In this document: one piece after another, positions 29,115 to 39,370 of the stretch | How the letters are laid out: every line of letters starts with the position of its first letter | Position numbering within the stretch: the stretch's first letter is position 1 | Origin: an uncultured delta proteobacterium | Lineage (GTDB): Bacteria; Myxococcota_A; Polyangia; Haliangiales; Haliangiaceae | NCBI GenBank assembly: GCA_963848295.1 | Contig: CAWKDB010000011.1 | Location: 544,001-608,000, forward strand | DNA: 64,000 nt | Direction: 5' to 3' | Notes under the pieces: model-generated | Databases searched by the model: none | What the model saw: only the letters and a program-made list of their open reading frames with translations | What the model was told of the DNA's origin: nothing | Program-made: the position numbers and the translations under genes

Positions 29115-29488
29115 GGCAGCTCCTTCAGCACATCTGTGTCAAACGAACGCCAATTGGTAACGATCCATTCCGGTTTGCCGGTCAGGTCCATGTAAGCGAT
29201 CGGCACCACGTCGTCGGGGATGTGACAGCTTCCAAGCTGCACGGTTCCGCCCGTCGAGTGGGAAGGCTTCCGCTGGCAACCACGTAGCGCCCCGAGGTGT
29301 CTCAGGGGTTGCCGCTGTCGCAGGCCGGCACTCCAGTTCGAGCGTGAGCCAGCGTTGCGGTCGAGCCGGCGCGCATGATCGCCGAGAGTCCCGTGGTCCG
29401 CAAGCGCTCGCTGAGCGGGGCCGCTCGATCGTCGTTTTGACCTGCGCCCGTCGATTGACGCTCGACGAGGGGTCCGTAGACTGAAGTC

Positions 29489-29866
29489 ATGCTGACGGCG
29501 GAACAAACCAACTCCTTGCGTGACGCGCTGAAGGCAGACATCTCCCGGCTCGCCGACCACGCACACCGAGCGGTCGAGTTCACGATGGACCGCGATCGCG
29601 ACCGGATCGGCCGCGACTCGATGGACGAAGCAACCGAAGAAGAGGTCTATTCGACCCAGCTCCGGCTCCACGATCGCGAGAACTTCTTGCTCGAGAAGAT
29701 CCGCGAGGCGATGCGCCGGCTCGAGGCAGGCGAGATCGACGAGTGCGAGGAATGCTCGGAGCCGATCGGGTTCAAACGGTTGATGGCCCGCCCGGTCACG
29801 ACGCTGTGCTTCGAGTGCAAGACCGCCCGCGAGCAGGTCGAGGCCGACGAGTCTCCAGAGCCGTAG
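29489..29866 (+). CDS. DksA/TraR family C4 zinc-finger protein
   Basis: DSMDEA coiled-coil tip; CEEC-x17-CFEC; upstream TTGACG-N16-TAGACT-N6-ATG. Confidence 0.92.
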   Translation: MLTAEQTNSLRDALKADISRLADHAHRAVEFTMDRDRDRIGRDSMDEATEEEVYSTQLRLHDRENFLLEKIREAMRRLEAGEIDECEECSEPIGFKRLMARPVTTLCFECKTAREQVEADESPEP

Positions 29867-29974
29867 AACGCGTTGCGGGCGCGAACCAGCCCCCGTCAGG
29901 ACGTGCGCCCAGCCGATGGCTGCCCGGTTTTTGCTAGCTCTCGGTAACCTCTGGTACAATCGAGCGGTTCGGGG

Positions 29975-31324
<1,350 letters not shown>

Positions 31325-31330
31325 CGCGCG

Positions 31331-34300
31331 CTACTTCTTCATCGCGGCGAGCTCTTTGAACAGATCGCTATTCGGTGCGAGCGCGCCGAGCTTGCCGATC
31401 GCGTCCGCGAGCACGGCCTTGTTGCCGGCCTTCGCCGCGGCCTTGCCGACCGCGTCCCAGCCGTCGATGTAGTCCGGGTTGTACATGACCGACTTCTGCG
31501 CGAGCTCGAGCGCCTTGTTCGGCTTGCGATCGCGGATCAGCTCGGCGGCGAACACGTAGGCGACGTACAGGGTCGGATCCTGTTCGCGCACGAGGTCGAA
31601 GCCGTCGAGCGCGGTCGGATCGTCCTTGCGGAAGTACGCCGAGCCCGCGAGGCCGAAGCTCGCGAGCGCCTTGCTGCGATCGGAGGCGTGTGCGGCCTCG
31701 AAACCGTCGCGCGCGGCTTTGAAGGCGGCCTCCGCCTCGGGGATCTTGTTGTCGTCGAGCAACAACTTGCCGGCGATGATCTGCGCGAGTGGCAGGCCTT
31801 TGAGGCGATCCGGGGCGAGCTTCTCGAGCTTCTCGACGAGCGGACGCTGCGAGTCGTCGGCGGTCGCGGTATCGGCGGCGAGCACCCAGGTGTCTTCGTC
31901 GGTGCCGCAGGTCTCGAGCGCCCGCGCGAGCGCCGAGCCAGCGCCGGCAAAGTCGTTCTTGCGCAGCGCGAGCCGGCCGCGTTCGCGATCGAGCTTCCAC
32001 TTCGTGACGCCCGGCGTCTTCTCGGCGGCATCGAGCATCTGGGCCGCGCCGCTGTGGTCGCCGAGCAGCGCGCGTGCGCGAGCGACATCGAGCATGAGGT
32101 TCGGGCTGGGGTGGTCGCCGACGTCCTTGAGCAGCGCCTCGAACGTGTCGCGGCCGGCCGCGGGGTCGCGATTCTCGAGCTGGAGGTTGCCGAGCGCGAC
32201 GCGCGCTTCGAGCAGCCCTTGCTTCGCGGCCTCGATGTACAGCGCACGGGCCGCGCGAATGTCGCCGGTGTCGCGATCGATCGCGGCGAGCTCGAGCTGG
32301 GCGCGTGCGACCGCGGCTCCGGGTGTGCCCTGGACCACCTTCGACAAGATGTCTTTGGCGGCGAGCCGATCCTTGATGTCGGCCGACGCTGCGAGCAGGG
32401 CCGCGTAGACGGTCGCGAGCGCGGGGCTCGCACCGGCGGCGTTGTAGTGCGCTTCGATCCGCTTGCGTGCAGCGGCGACATCGCCACCCTGGCGCAGATC
32501 GAGCCAGGCACGGCCGACGAGCGCGAGCTCGAGGTTCGGCAGCTTCTTCAACGCGGCATCGAAGTCTCCCCTCGCGCTATCGACGTCGTCGGTCGCGAGT
32601 CGGGCTTCGCCGCGCACCGCTTGCCCGAGCGCGAGCTGCACCACGTCGGCTTGCTTCGACAACACGTCGAGCGCCTCGGTCGGCTTGCCCTGCTCGAGTG
32701 CGACCTCGGCGAGCACGATCCGCGCGCGCCGGCTGGTCGGCCAGGTCGACACCGCGTACTCGGCACGCGACCGCGCCGCACCGAGCTCGCCGATCACGAA
32801 CAGGGTCTCGATCGCGTCTTCGGCGAACCGCTGATCCTCGAGCCCGATCGCCGCGGCGGCGCGCAGATCCCCACGGGCCGCGTTGCCGTCGCCCCGCGCG
32901 AAGTCGAGCCGAGACATCGCGAGCTGGCCGAACGCGACCTCCGCCGGCGACACGCCGAGCTTCTGATCGGCCGGAGGCTTCGCACCATCGGACAGCACCT
33001 TCTCGAGCTGCGCGCGCGTCTCGTTACCGATCGCGCTGCCCGGTCCGACCTTGCCGCTCGCGGCGAGCACCGACGCGCGCTCGATGACGAGCAACGGATT
33101 GTCGGCGCTGGTCGCGAGCGCCTTGTCGAGCACGCTGATCGCGTCGTCCCATTCGTTGCGCGTCGCGAGCGCGTGCGCGACCGCGACCGCATAGAGCGGC
33201 CGCCTGTCCTTGTCGAGCGCGGCGCGCAGCGAGGTCAACGCGCCGGCGAGATCGCCGTCGGCGGCCGAGGCTTCGCCGACCAAGTACAGCGCCGCTGGAT
33301 CTTGTGGTGCTTCGGTTTGCGCCGCGTCCGCCGCGACCTTCGCGGTCTTGACGTCGTTGTCCGACAACGCGACGAACGCCGAGGCCACGTCACCGTCGAG
33401 GCCGCCCCGCCCTGCCAGGTCGCTCGCGGCGGCCTTCGCTTCCGCCACGCCGTCGCCGAACGCGAACGCGATCGTCGCGCGAGCGCGGGCGAGCGCAGCG
33501 CGGTTCTCGATCGTCGGCGACGCGGCGACGATGCCAGCGAGGCTGTTGCGCGCTTGGACCCAGCCCGCCCACGTATCGGTGTGCGCGAGCTCGGCGGCAT
33601 GGTCGCGCGCGCTCGCGATGTCGCGCCTTAGCCGGACCGAGCGAATCTGAAAACCCGCGACGACGCCGCCGCCGATCACGACCACGCCGACGACGAGCCA
33701 CAGCACGATCGAGGCGGTCGACCGCGGTTTGCGAGCCGGTTTCGGTTCCTCGGCCTTCGGGCGGTCCTCGGGCAACACGGCGACTTGACCGCTGTCGCTC
33801 GGGGTCTCGGCGAGCAGGGCGAGCAGCGCCGGATCGAGCGCGTCGGGCTTCGCGGTCGGCTCGAGCGCTGCCGCGGCCGAGCGGGCGTTGGGCGCCAACA
33901 CCGTCTTCTGGGCCCAAGGCTGCGCGCCGGCTTGCGGTGGCATCGGCTGAGCCTGGGCGAGCTCGGTCGGACGCAGCGCGGCGTTGCCGGGCGGCCCGAT
34001 CGCGGTGAGCGGCAACGGTGGCGCAGGCGGCGGGAACGGCGGCGCGGGCAAGGGATACATCGGCGCCGGCGGCGGAAAGCCCGCGTGCGGTTGCGGCGGT
34101 GGCGGCAGCGCCGCGATCGTCGGCATCGCGGCGGCGATCGGGTGGCGCGACGGCGGAATGATCGGCTGTAGCGGCGACGGCATCGGCAGCTGCGATGGCG
34201 GCGGCAAGTGCGACGCGGGCAAGTGCGACGCGGGCAAGTGCGGCGCCGGCAGGTGCGGTGGCGGCATCGATGGGGGCTTCGTGCGCGGCTCGCCGAGCGG

Positions 34301-35140
34301 CCCAGCGGGCATGCCGACGGCGTTGCGCGCGGTCGTCACCGGCCCCGGCGGAGGCGGCTTCACGCCCGGCGCCGAGCCGAGCATCGTCTGGCGCATGAAC
34401 TTCTGGCGATCGTTGGTCTCGTCGATGTCGTTGCCCGCTGGTGGCTTCGCCGCGACCTTCGGTGACGCAGGTCCGGACCGGCCTCTGGCCACCGGCGGCG
34501 CGGCCACCTCGCCGAAGTCCTCATCGTCGACCTCGATGCCATCCGTCTCGGGGTCGACCTCGACCGTGCCGGACTTGTCGCCGGGCACCTCGGGCGATGG
34601 CGTGCGGTCCTTGCCCTTGGTTCTGCCCTTGCTCGTCGCCTTGGTCTTGAGCGAGGTCGCGCCGGTGAAGCTGTCCTCGTCGCCGCCCGCGATCCCGTGC
34701 TGCGGGTAGTTGACGGTCTTGCCCTCGCTGATCGGCGCCGGAGCTCGAACCTGCGCCGCCGGCATGCTCGCGCTGCCCTTGCCGGTACCGCCGCGTTGCG
34801 CCTCGGCGAACAGCTCGTTCAGCTTCGTGTCTGCGGGCGAGACCTGACGGGCGCGTTGCAGCGTCTCGAGGGCGGCGGCATAGTCGCCCTTGCGCAGCAA
34901 CGCCTCGCCCTTGAGCGACTGCGCCGGCACCGACGTCGGATCGATCTCGATCGCGACCCGGGTCTCCGCGAGCACCTCGTCGTAGCGCTTGAGCGCGAGC
35001 AGCGCCGACGCGAGGACGACACGGCCCTCCACCGTCGCGGGCTGACCGAGCAAGCCCAGCCGGCAGACCTTGACGGCCTCCTGATACTGCCCGGCGACGA
35101 CGAGCGCCTGGCCGCGGCTGACGAAGTCGCTCTGGGCCAC
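31331..35140 (-). CDS. Large bitopic TPR protein (N-terminal TPR, Pro-rich linker, TM, C-terminal TPR array)
   Basis: 1269 aa; TM IVLWLVVGVVVIGGGVVAGF; HLPAS-type pentapeptide repeats at ~34195-34260. Confidence 0.88.
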   Translation of the reverse strand: MAQSDFVSRGQALVVAGQYQEAVKVCRLGLLGQPATVEGRVVLASALLALKRYDEVLAETRVAIEIDPTSVPAQSLKGEALLRKGDYAAALETLQRARQVSPADTKLNELFAEAQRGGTGKGSASMPAAQVRAPAPISEGKTVNYPQHGIAGGDEDSFTGATSLKTKATSKGRTKGKDRTPSPEVPGDKSGTVEVDPETDGIEVDDEDFGEVAAPPVARGRSGPASPKVAAKPPAGNDIDETNDRQKFMRQTMLGSAPGVKPPPPGPVTTARNAVGMPAGPLGEPRTKPPSMPPPHLPAPHLPASHLPASHLPPPSQLPMPSPLQPIIPPSRHPIAAAMPTIAALPPPPQPHAGFPPPAPMYPLPAPPFPPPAPPLPLTAIGPPGNAALRPTELAQAQPMPPQAGAQPWAQKTVLAPNARSAAAALEPTAKPDALDPALLALLAETPSDSGQVAVLPEDRPKAEEPKPARKPRSTASIVLWLVVGVVVIGGGVVAGFQIRSVRLRRDIASARDHAAELAHTDTWAGWVQARNSLAGIVAASPTIENRAALARARATIAFAFGDGVAEAKAAASDLAGRGGLDGDVASAFVALSDNDVKTAKVAADAAQTEAPQDPAALYLVGEASAADGDLAGALTSLRAALDKDRRPLYAVAVAHALATRNEWDDAISVLDKALATSADNPLLVIERASVLAASGKVGPGSAIGNETRAQLEKVLSDGAKPPADQKLGVSPAEVAFGQLAMSRLDFARGDGNAARGDLRAAAAIGLEDQRFAEDAIETLFVIGELGAARSRAEYAVSTWPTSRRARIVLAEVALEQGKPTEALDVLSKQADVVQLALGQAVRGEARLATDDVDSARGDFDAALKKLPNLELALVGRAWLDLRQGGDVAAARKRIEAHYNAAGASPALATVYAALLAASADIKDRLAAKDILSKVVQGTPGAAVARAQLELAAIDRDTGDIRAARALYIEAAKQGLLEARVALGNLQLENRDPAAGRDTFEALLKDVGDHPSPNLMLDVARARALLGDHSGAAQMLDAAEKTPGVTKWKLDRERGRLALRKNDFAGAGSALARALETCGTDEDTWVLAADTATADDSQRPLVEKLEKLAPDRLKGLPLAQIIAGKLLLDDNKIPEAEAAFKAARDGFEAAHASDRSKALASFGLAGSAYFRKDDPTALDGFDLVREQDPTLYVAYVFAAELIRDRKPNKALELAQKSVMYNPDYIDGWDAVGKAAAKAGNKAVLADAIGKLGALAPNSDLFKELAAMKK

Positions 35141-35152
35141 CTGGCGGTAATT

Positions 35153-35650
35153 CTACCGCGTTTGGTCCGCTTTCGCGTGCTCGGCAACACCCAGCCGGTC
35201 GGTGGGTGTCGGCGCCGGAACGGCCGGTGGGTCCTTCATCATCGGCTCGGACAGCCCGGGCATCTCGGGCCCGCGCAGGCGCGCCTCATCGACGAGGAAC
35301 CACGACTTACCGTGGCGCTCCCAGGTCTGCACCGCCTGGGTCTCGTGCAACGTCCCCTCGGATTCCTTGTACCAGCTGAGCTTGACCTGGACCTTCGCCT
35401 CGCGGTCGCCGTGGGGGTCGATCTTGACGATGTCGGCCTGAGTGATCTTGAGATCGTGCGCTCGCTGATCCCATTCGTCGACCGCGGCGGCGCGCTCCTT
35501 GGCCGGCAAGTGATTCGCGGCGACCGCGAACCGCTCCCACATGATGTCCTCGTGAAACAGCCGGACGGTCTCGTCGAGCGGTTCGGACGTCATCTGGGAC
35601 GCGCCGCATGCGGCGGCAAGCACGAGAGCGAGCAATAGCGACTTCGTCAT
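35153..35650 (-). CDS. Hypothetical lipoprotein
   Basis: MTKSLLLALVLAAAC lipobox; ATGA overlap with the upstream flippase. Confidence 0.85.
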   Translation of the reverse strand: MTKSLLLALVLAAACGASQMTSEPLDETVRLFHEDIMWERFAVAANHLPAKERAAAVDEWDQRAHDLKITQADIVKIDPHGDREAKVQVKLSWYKESEGTLHETQAVQTWERHGKSWFLVDEARLRGPEMPGLSEPMMKDPPAVPAPTPTDRLGVAEHAKADQTR

Positions 35651-37260
35651 GCGGCTTCACCTCCAGGTGCGCGCCTGCGGCGCACGGCTTTGATCGCTTC
35701 GAGATCGCGCCTATCGAGCTCGCGGCTCGCGACCAACAGGACCAGGAACGTGCCGGCGATCAGCGCACCAGCGACGAGCGTCATCAGCTTGCCGTGCAAC
35801 GGCAACGCGCGCCCGACGACGTAGGCGATCGCCGCGGCGCCCGCGATCCGAGCGACGCTGAGCACCGGCAGGGTCGCGCGGAACGCACGACGCAGTTGCC
35901 AGCCCGAGATCAGCGCCCCGACCGTCATCGCGGCCGAGGTCACGGACGCGACGACGAGCAACAGGTCGGCGGAGCCGGCGTACCTCGTGATCGCGATGTA
36001 GTTGCCGACGATCGCGAGCGCGAGGGTGATCGCGGCGGACGTGATCGCGGCCCGCGACTGCCCGGCGCCGTTGAGGATCGTGCCGGCGATCGCGAACATC
36101 GCGAACGCGACGTTGCCGAGTGCGAGCACGCCGAGCGCCGGTCCACCGACCGCGGCAAAGTCGGCCTGGTAGAGCACGCCCATCACGTCGGCGGGCTTCG
36201 CGATCATGACGACCGCGATCGCCATCGCGAACATCAGCGAGTAGCGCAGCGTGACCTCGATGTACTTCTTGGTCGTGTCTTTCTCGTCGGTGAACGTCGA
36301 TCGCGAGACGAGCGGGAACACGACGAACGTCGCGGCGATGATCGCCTGGTACGACACGCGCGCGAGGTTCTGGACCGCGGAGTAGTAACCGACCTGAACG
36401 TCGGCGAGCGTGCTCGGCTCGGCGTGATATCCGGTCACGCCCGGCGCCCAGGGCAGGACGTGAGCGACCGCGGCCGACATCGCATCGGCGTGCGCGGCAT
36501 AGTGCTCGGTCGTCAGCCGGCCGAGCAAGATCGTGTCGACGAACATCAGGCCGTTGAACAGCAACAGGTAGACCGCGACGCCGCCGAAGAACTTCACCAT
36601 CGGGGCGACCGGGAGCCGCTCACCGCCGGTGCGCGGCCAGCCGACCCACAAGATCGACACCGAGAACACGAGCAAGCTCGCCGCGACCCAGCCACTGATC
36701 ACGCCGACGACGCCGAGTCCGGCCATCGCGGTGCCGAGCAAGCCGATCACGCGCAGCGTCGCCGAGGTGATGTCGAGCCCGGCCTGCTTGTGGAACGCGT
36801 GCGTGCCGTTCGCGGTGCCGATGAACACCGCGTAGAACGAGTAGATGCCGAGGATGCAACCCGCGAGCATCAACGGCGCGGTCTTGCTCGCGTCTTCGAG
36901 CACGTAGCGCGCGACCAGCGGAGCGGCCGCGATGAACGCGATCGCGATCGGCAGACCGATGCGGAGGTGCATGCGCAGACCGGCGGCCTGGACGAGCCGC
37001 GCTTTGTCCGGCTCTTGTGCCGAGTAGCGCGACACCGACTGGATCGTGCCGGTGACCGCGACGTTGTTGAACCACGACACGATGTAGTTGACGAGCGAGA
37101 ACCGGCCGAACTCGGCGCGACTCAGGATCGCGGGCAAGCGGAACTGCACGGCCATGCCCGCGAATAGGAAGTAGAACTTCGCGAACGCGATGTAGAGGAC
37201 GCCGCGACCCGCCGTCGCCTTGCCGCGCTGGTTCGCTTCGGTGTTCGCCTCGTCAGGCAT
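35647..37260 (-). CDS. MOP-superfamily flippase / polysaccharide biosynthesis membrane protein
   Basis: About 12-14 TM segments; VGYYSAVQNLAR, ATFVVFPLVS, GTILNGAG motifs. Confidence 0.85.
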   Translation of the reverse strand: MPDEANTEANQRGKATAGRGVLYIAFAKFYFLFAGMAVQFRLPAILSRAEFGRFSLVNYIVSWFNNVAVTGTIQSVSRYSAQEPDKARLVQAAGLRMHLRIGLPIAIAFIAAAPLVARYVLEDASKTAPLMLAGCILGIYSFYAVFIGTANGTHAFHKQAGLDITSATLRVIGLLGTAMAGLGVVGVISGWVAASLLVFSVSILWVGWPRTGGERLPVAPMVKFFGGVAVYLLLFNGLMFVDTILLGRLTTEHYAAHADAMSAAVAHVLPWAPGVTGYHAEPSTLADVQVGYYSAVQNLARVSYQAIIAATFVVFPLVSRSTFTDEKDTTKKYIEVTLRYSLMFAMAIAVVMIAKPADVMGVLYQADFAAVGGPALGVLALGNVAFAMFAIAGTILNGAGQSRAAITSAAITLALAIVGNYIAITRYAGSADLLLVVASVTSAAMTVGALISGWQLRRAFRATLPVLSVARIAGAAAIAYVVGRALPLHGKLMTLVAGALIAGTFLVLLVASRELDRRDLEAIKAVRRRRAPGGEAA

Positions 37261-37309
37261 CCGGTGGGTAACTAGCGCGTATCACGCGCGATCCGACCGG
37301 GCCACAAAA

Positions 37310-37750
37310 CTACTTCGCTAAGTGGTTCTCGAACAACGGCGCGATGCACGCGGTGAACGCGGCGCAATCGGTCTTCGCGAGGCAGCTCGCCGCGGTCTCG
37401 GCATCGCCGGGCAGCCCGGGGTTCTGCGCGCAGGTCCGGGCGATCGATGCGTCCGTCGAGTCGTTCGCCCACTCGGCCTTGGCCTGCGCGATCACGCCGT
37501 CGCGATCCGCTTTCACCGCCTCGGCGATGCCGGCCGGGTGGTCGAGCTTGGCGCGCAGATCGACGAGCATCGGGATGTACTGGTCGGTGCACGTGCGGGC
37601 GCGGACGAGCACGTCGGTGCACGGCTGCACGTGTGACGCGGCCGAGGCGGCGACCGGCTTTTGCGATGAAGGCGAGGCCTGCGCGTCTTGCGAGGCGCAG
37701 CCGGCGACCGCGTTTGCGAGGACGACGACGAGGACGATGGCGCGATACAT
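37310..37750 (-). CDS. Small Cys-rich lipoprotein
   Basis: AAGGAG SD; VAGC lipobox; six further Cys. Confidence 0.8.
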   Translation of the reverse strand: MYRAIVLVVVLANAVAGCASQDAQASPSSQKPVAASAASHVQPCTDVLVRARTCTDQYIPMLVDLRAKLDHPAGIAEAVKADRDGVIAQAKAEWANDSTDASIARTCAQNPGLPGDAETAASCLAKTDCAAFTACIAPLFENHLAK

Positions 37751-37864
37751 GGGAGCTCCTTGGTGGAAGACGAGGAAGGACCTGACGATCAGAAAACAAG
37801 CAACAGGGAGCCGAGAATCCGAACGGATTTCGGATCGGATCGGCGAATAGACCTCGGCGCGTGA

Positions 37865-38212
37865 CTAGGTCTGCGGCATGCGGCGGACGCCGACCGCGAC
37901 AAGGATCCACGACACGGCGGCGATCGAGCCGGCGAGGATCGCCGGGGTCAGGGACTCGGCGAGGCCGGCCAAGAACGTCTGCGCGAGCTGCGGCGGCGCA
38001 TCGTCGCGAGAGACGAAAGAGCAGACCGTGGCGATGTCCGAGGCGATGCCGGACAGCGCGGCGAACGTCAGCGCGACGGTGAGCGCGCGGATCAACGACA
38101 GGCCACGCGGGTCGGCGTTGCGGGCGAACTTGACGCTCGTGAACAGCATCGGGATGCCGATCGCGAGTAGCAAGAACATCACGTAGCCGCCGGCGAGGAA
38201 GAAACGAACCAT
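37865..38212 (-). CDS. Small 3-TM membrane protein, MotA/TolQ/ExbB-like
   Basis: Start ATG 38212 MVRFFLAGGYVMF; AGLAESLTP resembles the ExbB GIxEAL motif. Confidence 0.7.
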   Translation of the reverse strand: MVRFFLAGGYVMFLLLAIGIPMLFTSVKFARNADPRGLSLIRALTVALTFAALSGIASDIATVCSFVSRDDAPPQLAQTFLAGLAESLTPAILAGSIAAVSWILVAVGVRRMPQT

Positions 38213-38217
38213 GGAGA

Positions 38218-38246
38218 GGTCAACGCGACCGATCGTTTGGCGTGAC
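38218..38246 (-). promoter_or_regulatory. ECF-type promoter, copy A
   Basis: GTCACG-N14-GCGTTGACC-N5-ATG. Confidence 0.75.
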
Positions 38247-38250
38247 AGAG

Positions 38251-38434
38251 AAATTGATGAATTGATCAACAGGCAGCAGGCAACAGGCAGTTTCGGAGGT
38301 TTGGACGCGGGCGACAGGATGCAGCGTGTCACCCATGTACCCGGTTTGAAGTGTCACCCATGTGCCCGGTCTGCACGCGCCCGTGCCTCTGGCATTGCCC
38401 GTTGCCTGTTGCCTGTTGATCAATTGATCAATTT
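38251..38434. mobile_element. 184-bp MITE-like element: ~49-bp inverted repeats enclosing an IS481-like end
   Basis: Arms 38251-38299 and 38386-38434 are reverse complements with few mismatches; internal GTGTCACCCATGT(A/G)CCCGGT x2 at 38326-38345 and 38351-38370. Confidence 0.7.
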
Positions 38435-38464
38435 CCGAAATCCGGCTCTCCCCGAAAAAGTTGC

Positions 38465-38493
38465 GTCACGAGCGCCCTGGGTGTGCGTTGACC
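38465..38493 (+). promoter_or_regulatory. ECF-type promoter, copy B (likely autoregulatory)
   Basis: GTCACG-N14-GCGTTGACC-N4-GTG. Confidence 0.75.
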
Positions 38494-38497
38494 GTGC

Positions 38498-39070
38498 GTG
38501 GACGCGCCCGATGAACGGAGCTGGGTCGACGGCTTGCGCCGTGGCGATCCCGCGGCGTTCGATGCGGTGTTCGCCGCGTATCGCCGCCGGCTGTTCGGCT
38601 ATCTCGTGCGGATGGCGAGGCAGCGAGACGTCGCCGAAGATCTGCTTCAAGATACCTTCGTGCAACTCGCGCAACACGCGACCCGGCTCGCCGCCGACAC
38701 GACGCTCGGCGCCTGGCTGTTCACCGTCGCGCACCGCAAGTTCGTGAGCTGGACCCGCGCGCACCAGGTCCGCGCCCAGCTCGCCGGCGATCTACCGATC
38801 GGCGCACAGCCTGCGACCACCGAGCGCTCGCCGCTCGAGGCGATCACCGACTCCGAAACACAGCTCGCCCTCGAGCGCGCTTTCGCGGCGTTGTCGCCGG
38901 CGTATCGCGAGGTCGCCCTGCTCGTCGGCGTCGAAGGGTTAGCGCCGGCACAGGTCGCCGTGATCCTCGGGCTGCGCCCGGATGCGGTCCGGCAACGGCT
39001 CGCCCGCGCTCGCGCCGAGCTCGCGCAGGCGCTCGGCGAGCACGCGCCCGCAGCGTGGAGGTCGGCATGA
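38498..39070 (+). CDS. ECF RNA polymerase sigma factor
   Basis: AEDLLQDTF, AWLFTVA (region 2); YREVALL, AVRQRLARAR (region 4). Confidence 0.94.
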   Translation: MDAPDERSWVDGLRRGDPAAFDAVFAAYRRRLFGYLVRMARQRDVAEDLLQDTFVQLAQHATRLAADTTLGAWLFTVAHRKFVSWTRAHQVRAQLAGDLPIGAQPATTERSPLEAITDSETQLALERAFAALSPAYREVALLVGVEGLAPAQVAVILGLRPDAVRQRLARARAELAQALGEHAPAAWRSA

Positions 39071-39309
39071 GCTCGACAAAAGACGGCGACCACAACGACA
39101 GCGACGCCGCCGGGCTCGCCGACGCCGCGCGGCAACTGCCCGCGATCGACCTCGATGCCACGACCGCCGAGCGGATGGCGCATCGCGTCCGCCAAGACCT
39201 CGGGCGACGGCCGTCGCCGAAGCGGTACGTCGAGCCGATCGTCGTCGCGATCGTCGCGGCCAGCGCGCTCGTCTGGGCGGTGTACGAAGTCGTCCAGCGG
39301 CTGTCGTAA
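39067..39309 (+). CDS. Small single-TM putative anti-sigma factor
   Basis: ATGA overlap with the sigma gene; C-terminal TM IVVAIVAASALVWAVY. Confidence 0.7.
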   Translation: MSSTKDGDHNDSDAAGLADAARQLPAIDLDATTAERMAHRVRQDLGRRPSPKRYVEPIVVAIVAASALVWAVYEVVQRLS

Positions 39310-39370
39310 GCGGCAATCACTTCGCGCTGCCGGTGGACGTCGCGAGCGCCGTAGTAGACTCCACCGCTCG

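Noticed and set aside
29111..29191. 26-aa ORF MDLTGKPEWIVTNWRSFDTDVLKELP overlapping the HEAT gene start, superficially RiPP-precursor-like
   Set aside because: Many A/T-ending codons unlike real genes here, no SD and no maturation enzymes nearby; more likely promoter/UTR sequence
29200..29460. Hairpins upstream of the HEAT gene, and a nearby GGCAAACC word suggestive of a c-di-GMP-I riboswitch
   Set aside because: The rest of the riboswitch consensus is absent; hairpins are expected at this GC. An Rfam cmscan would settle it
34195..34260. 15-bp tandem repeats in the large TPR gene
   Set aside because: In-frame HLPAS-type repeats in a low-complexity linker; ordinary slippage
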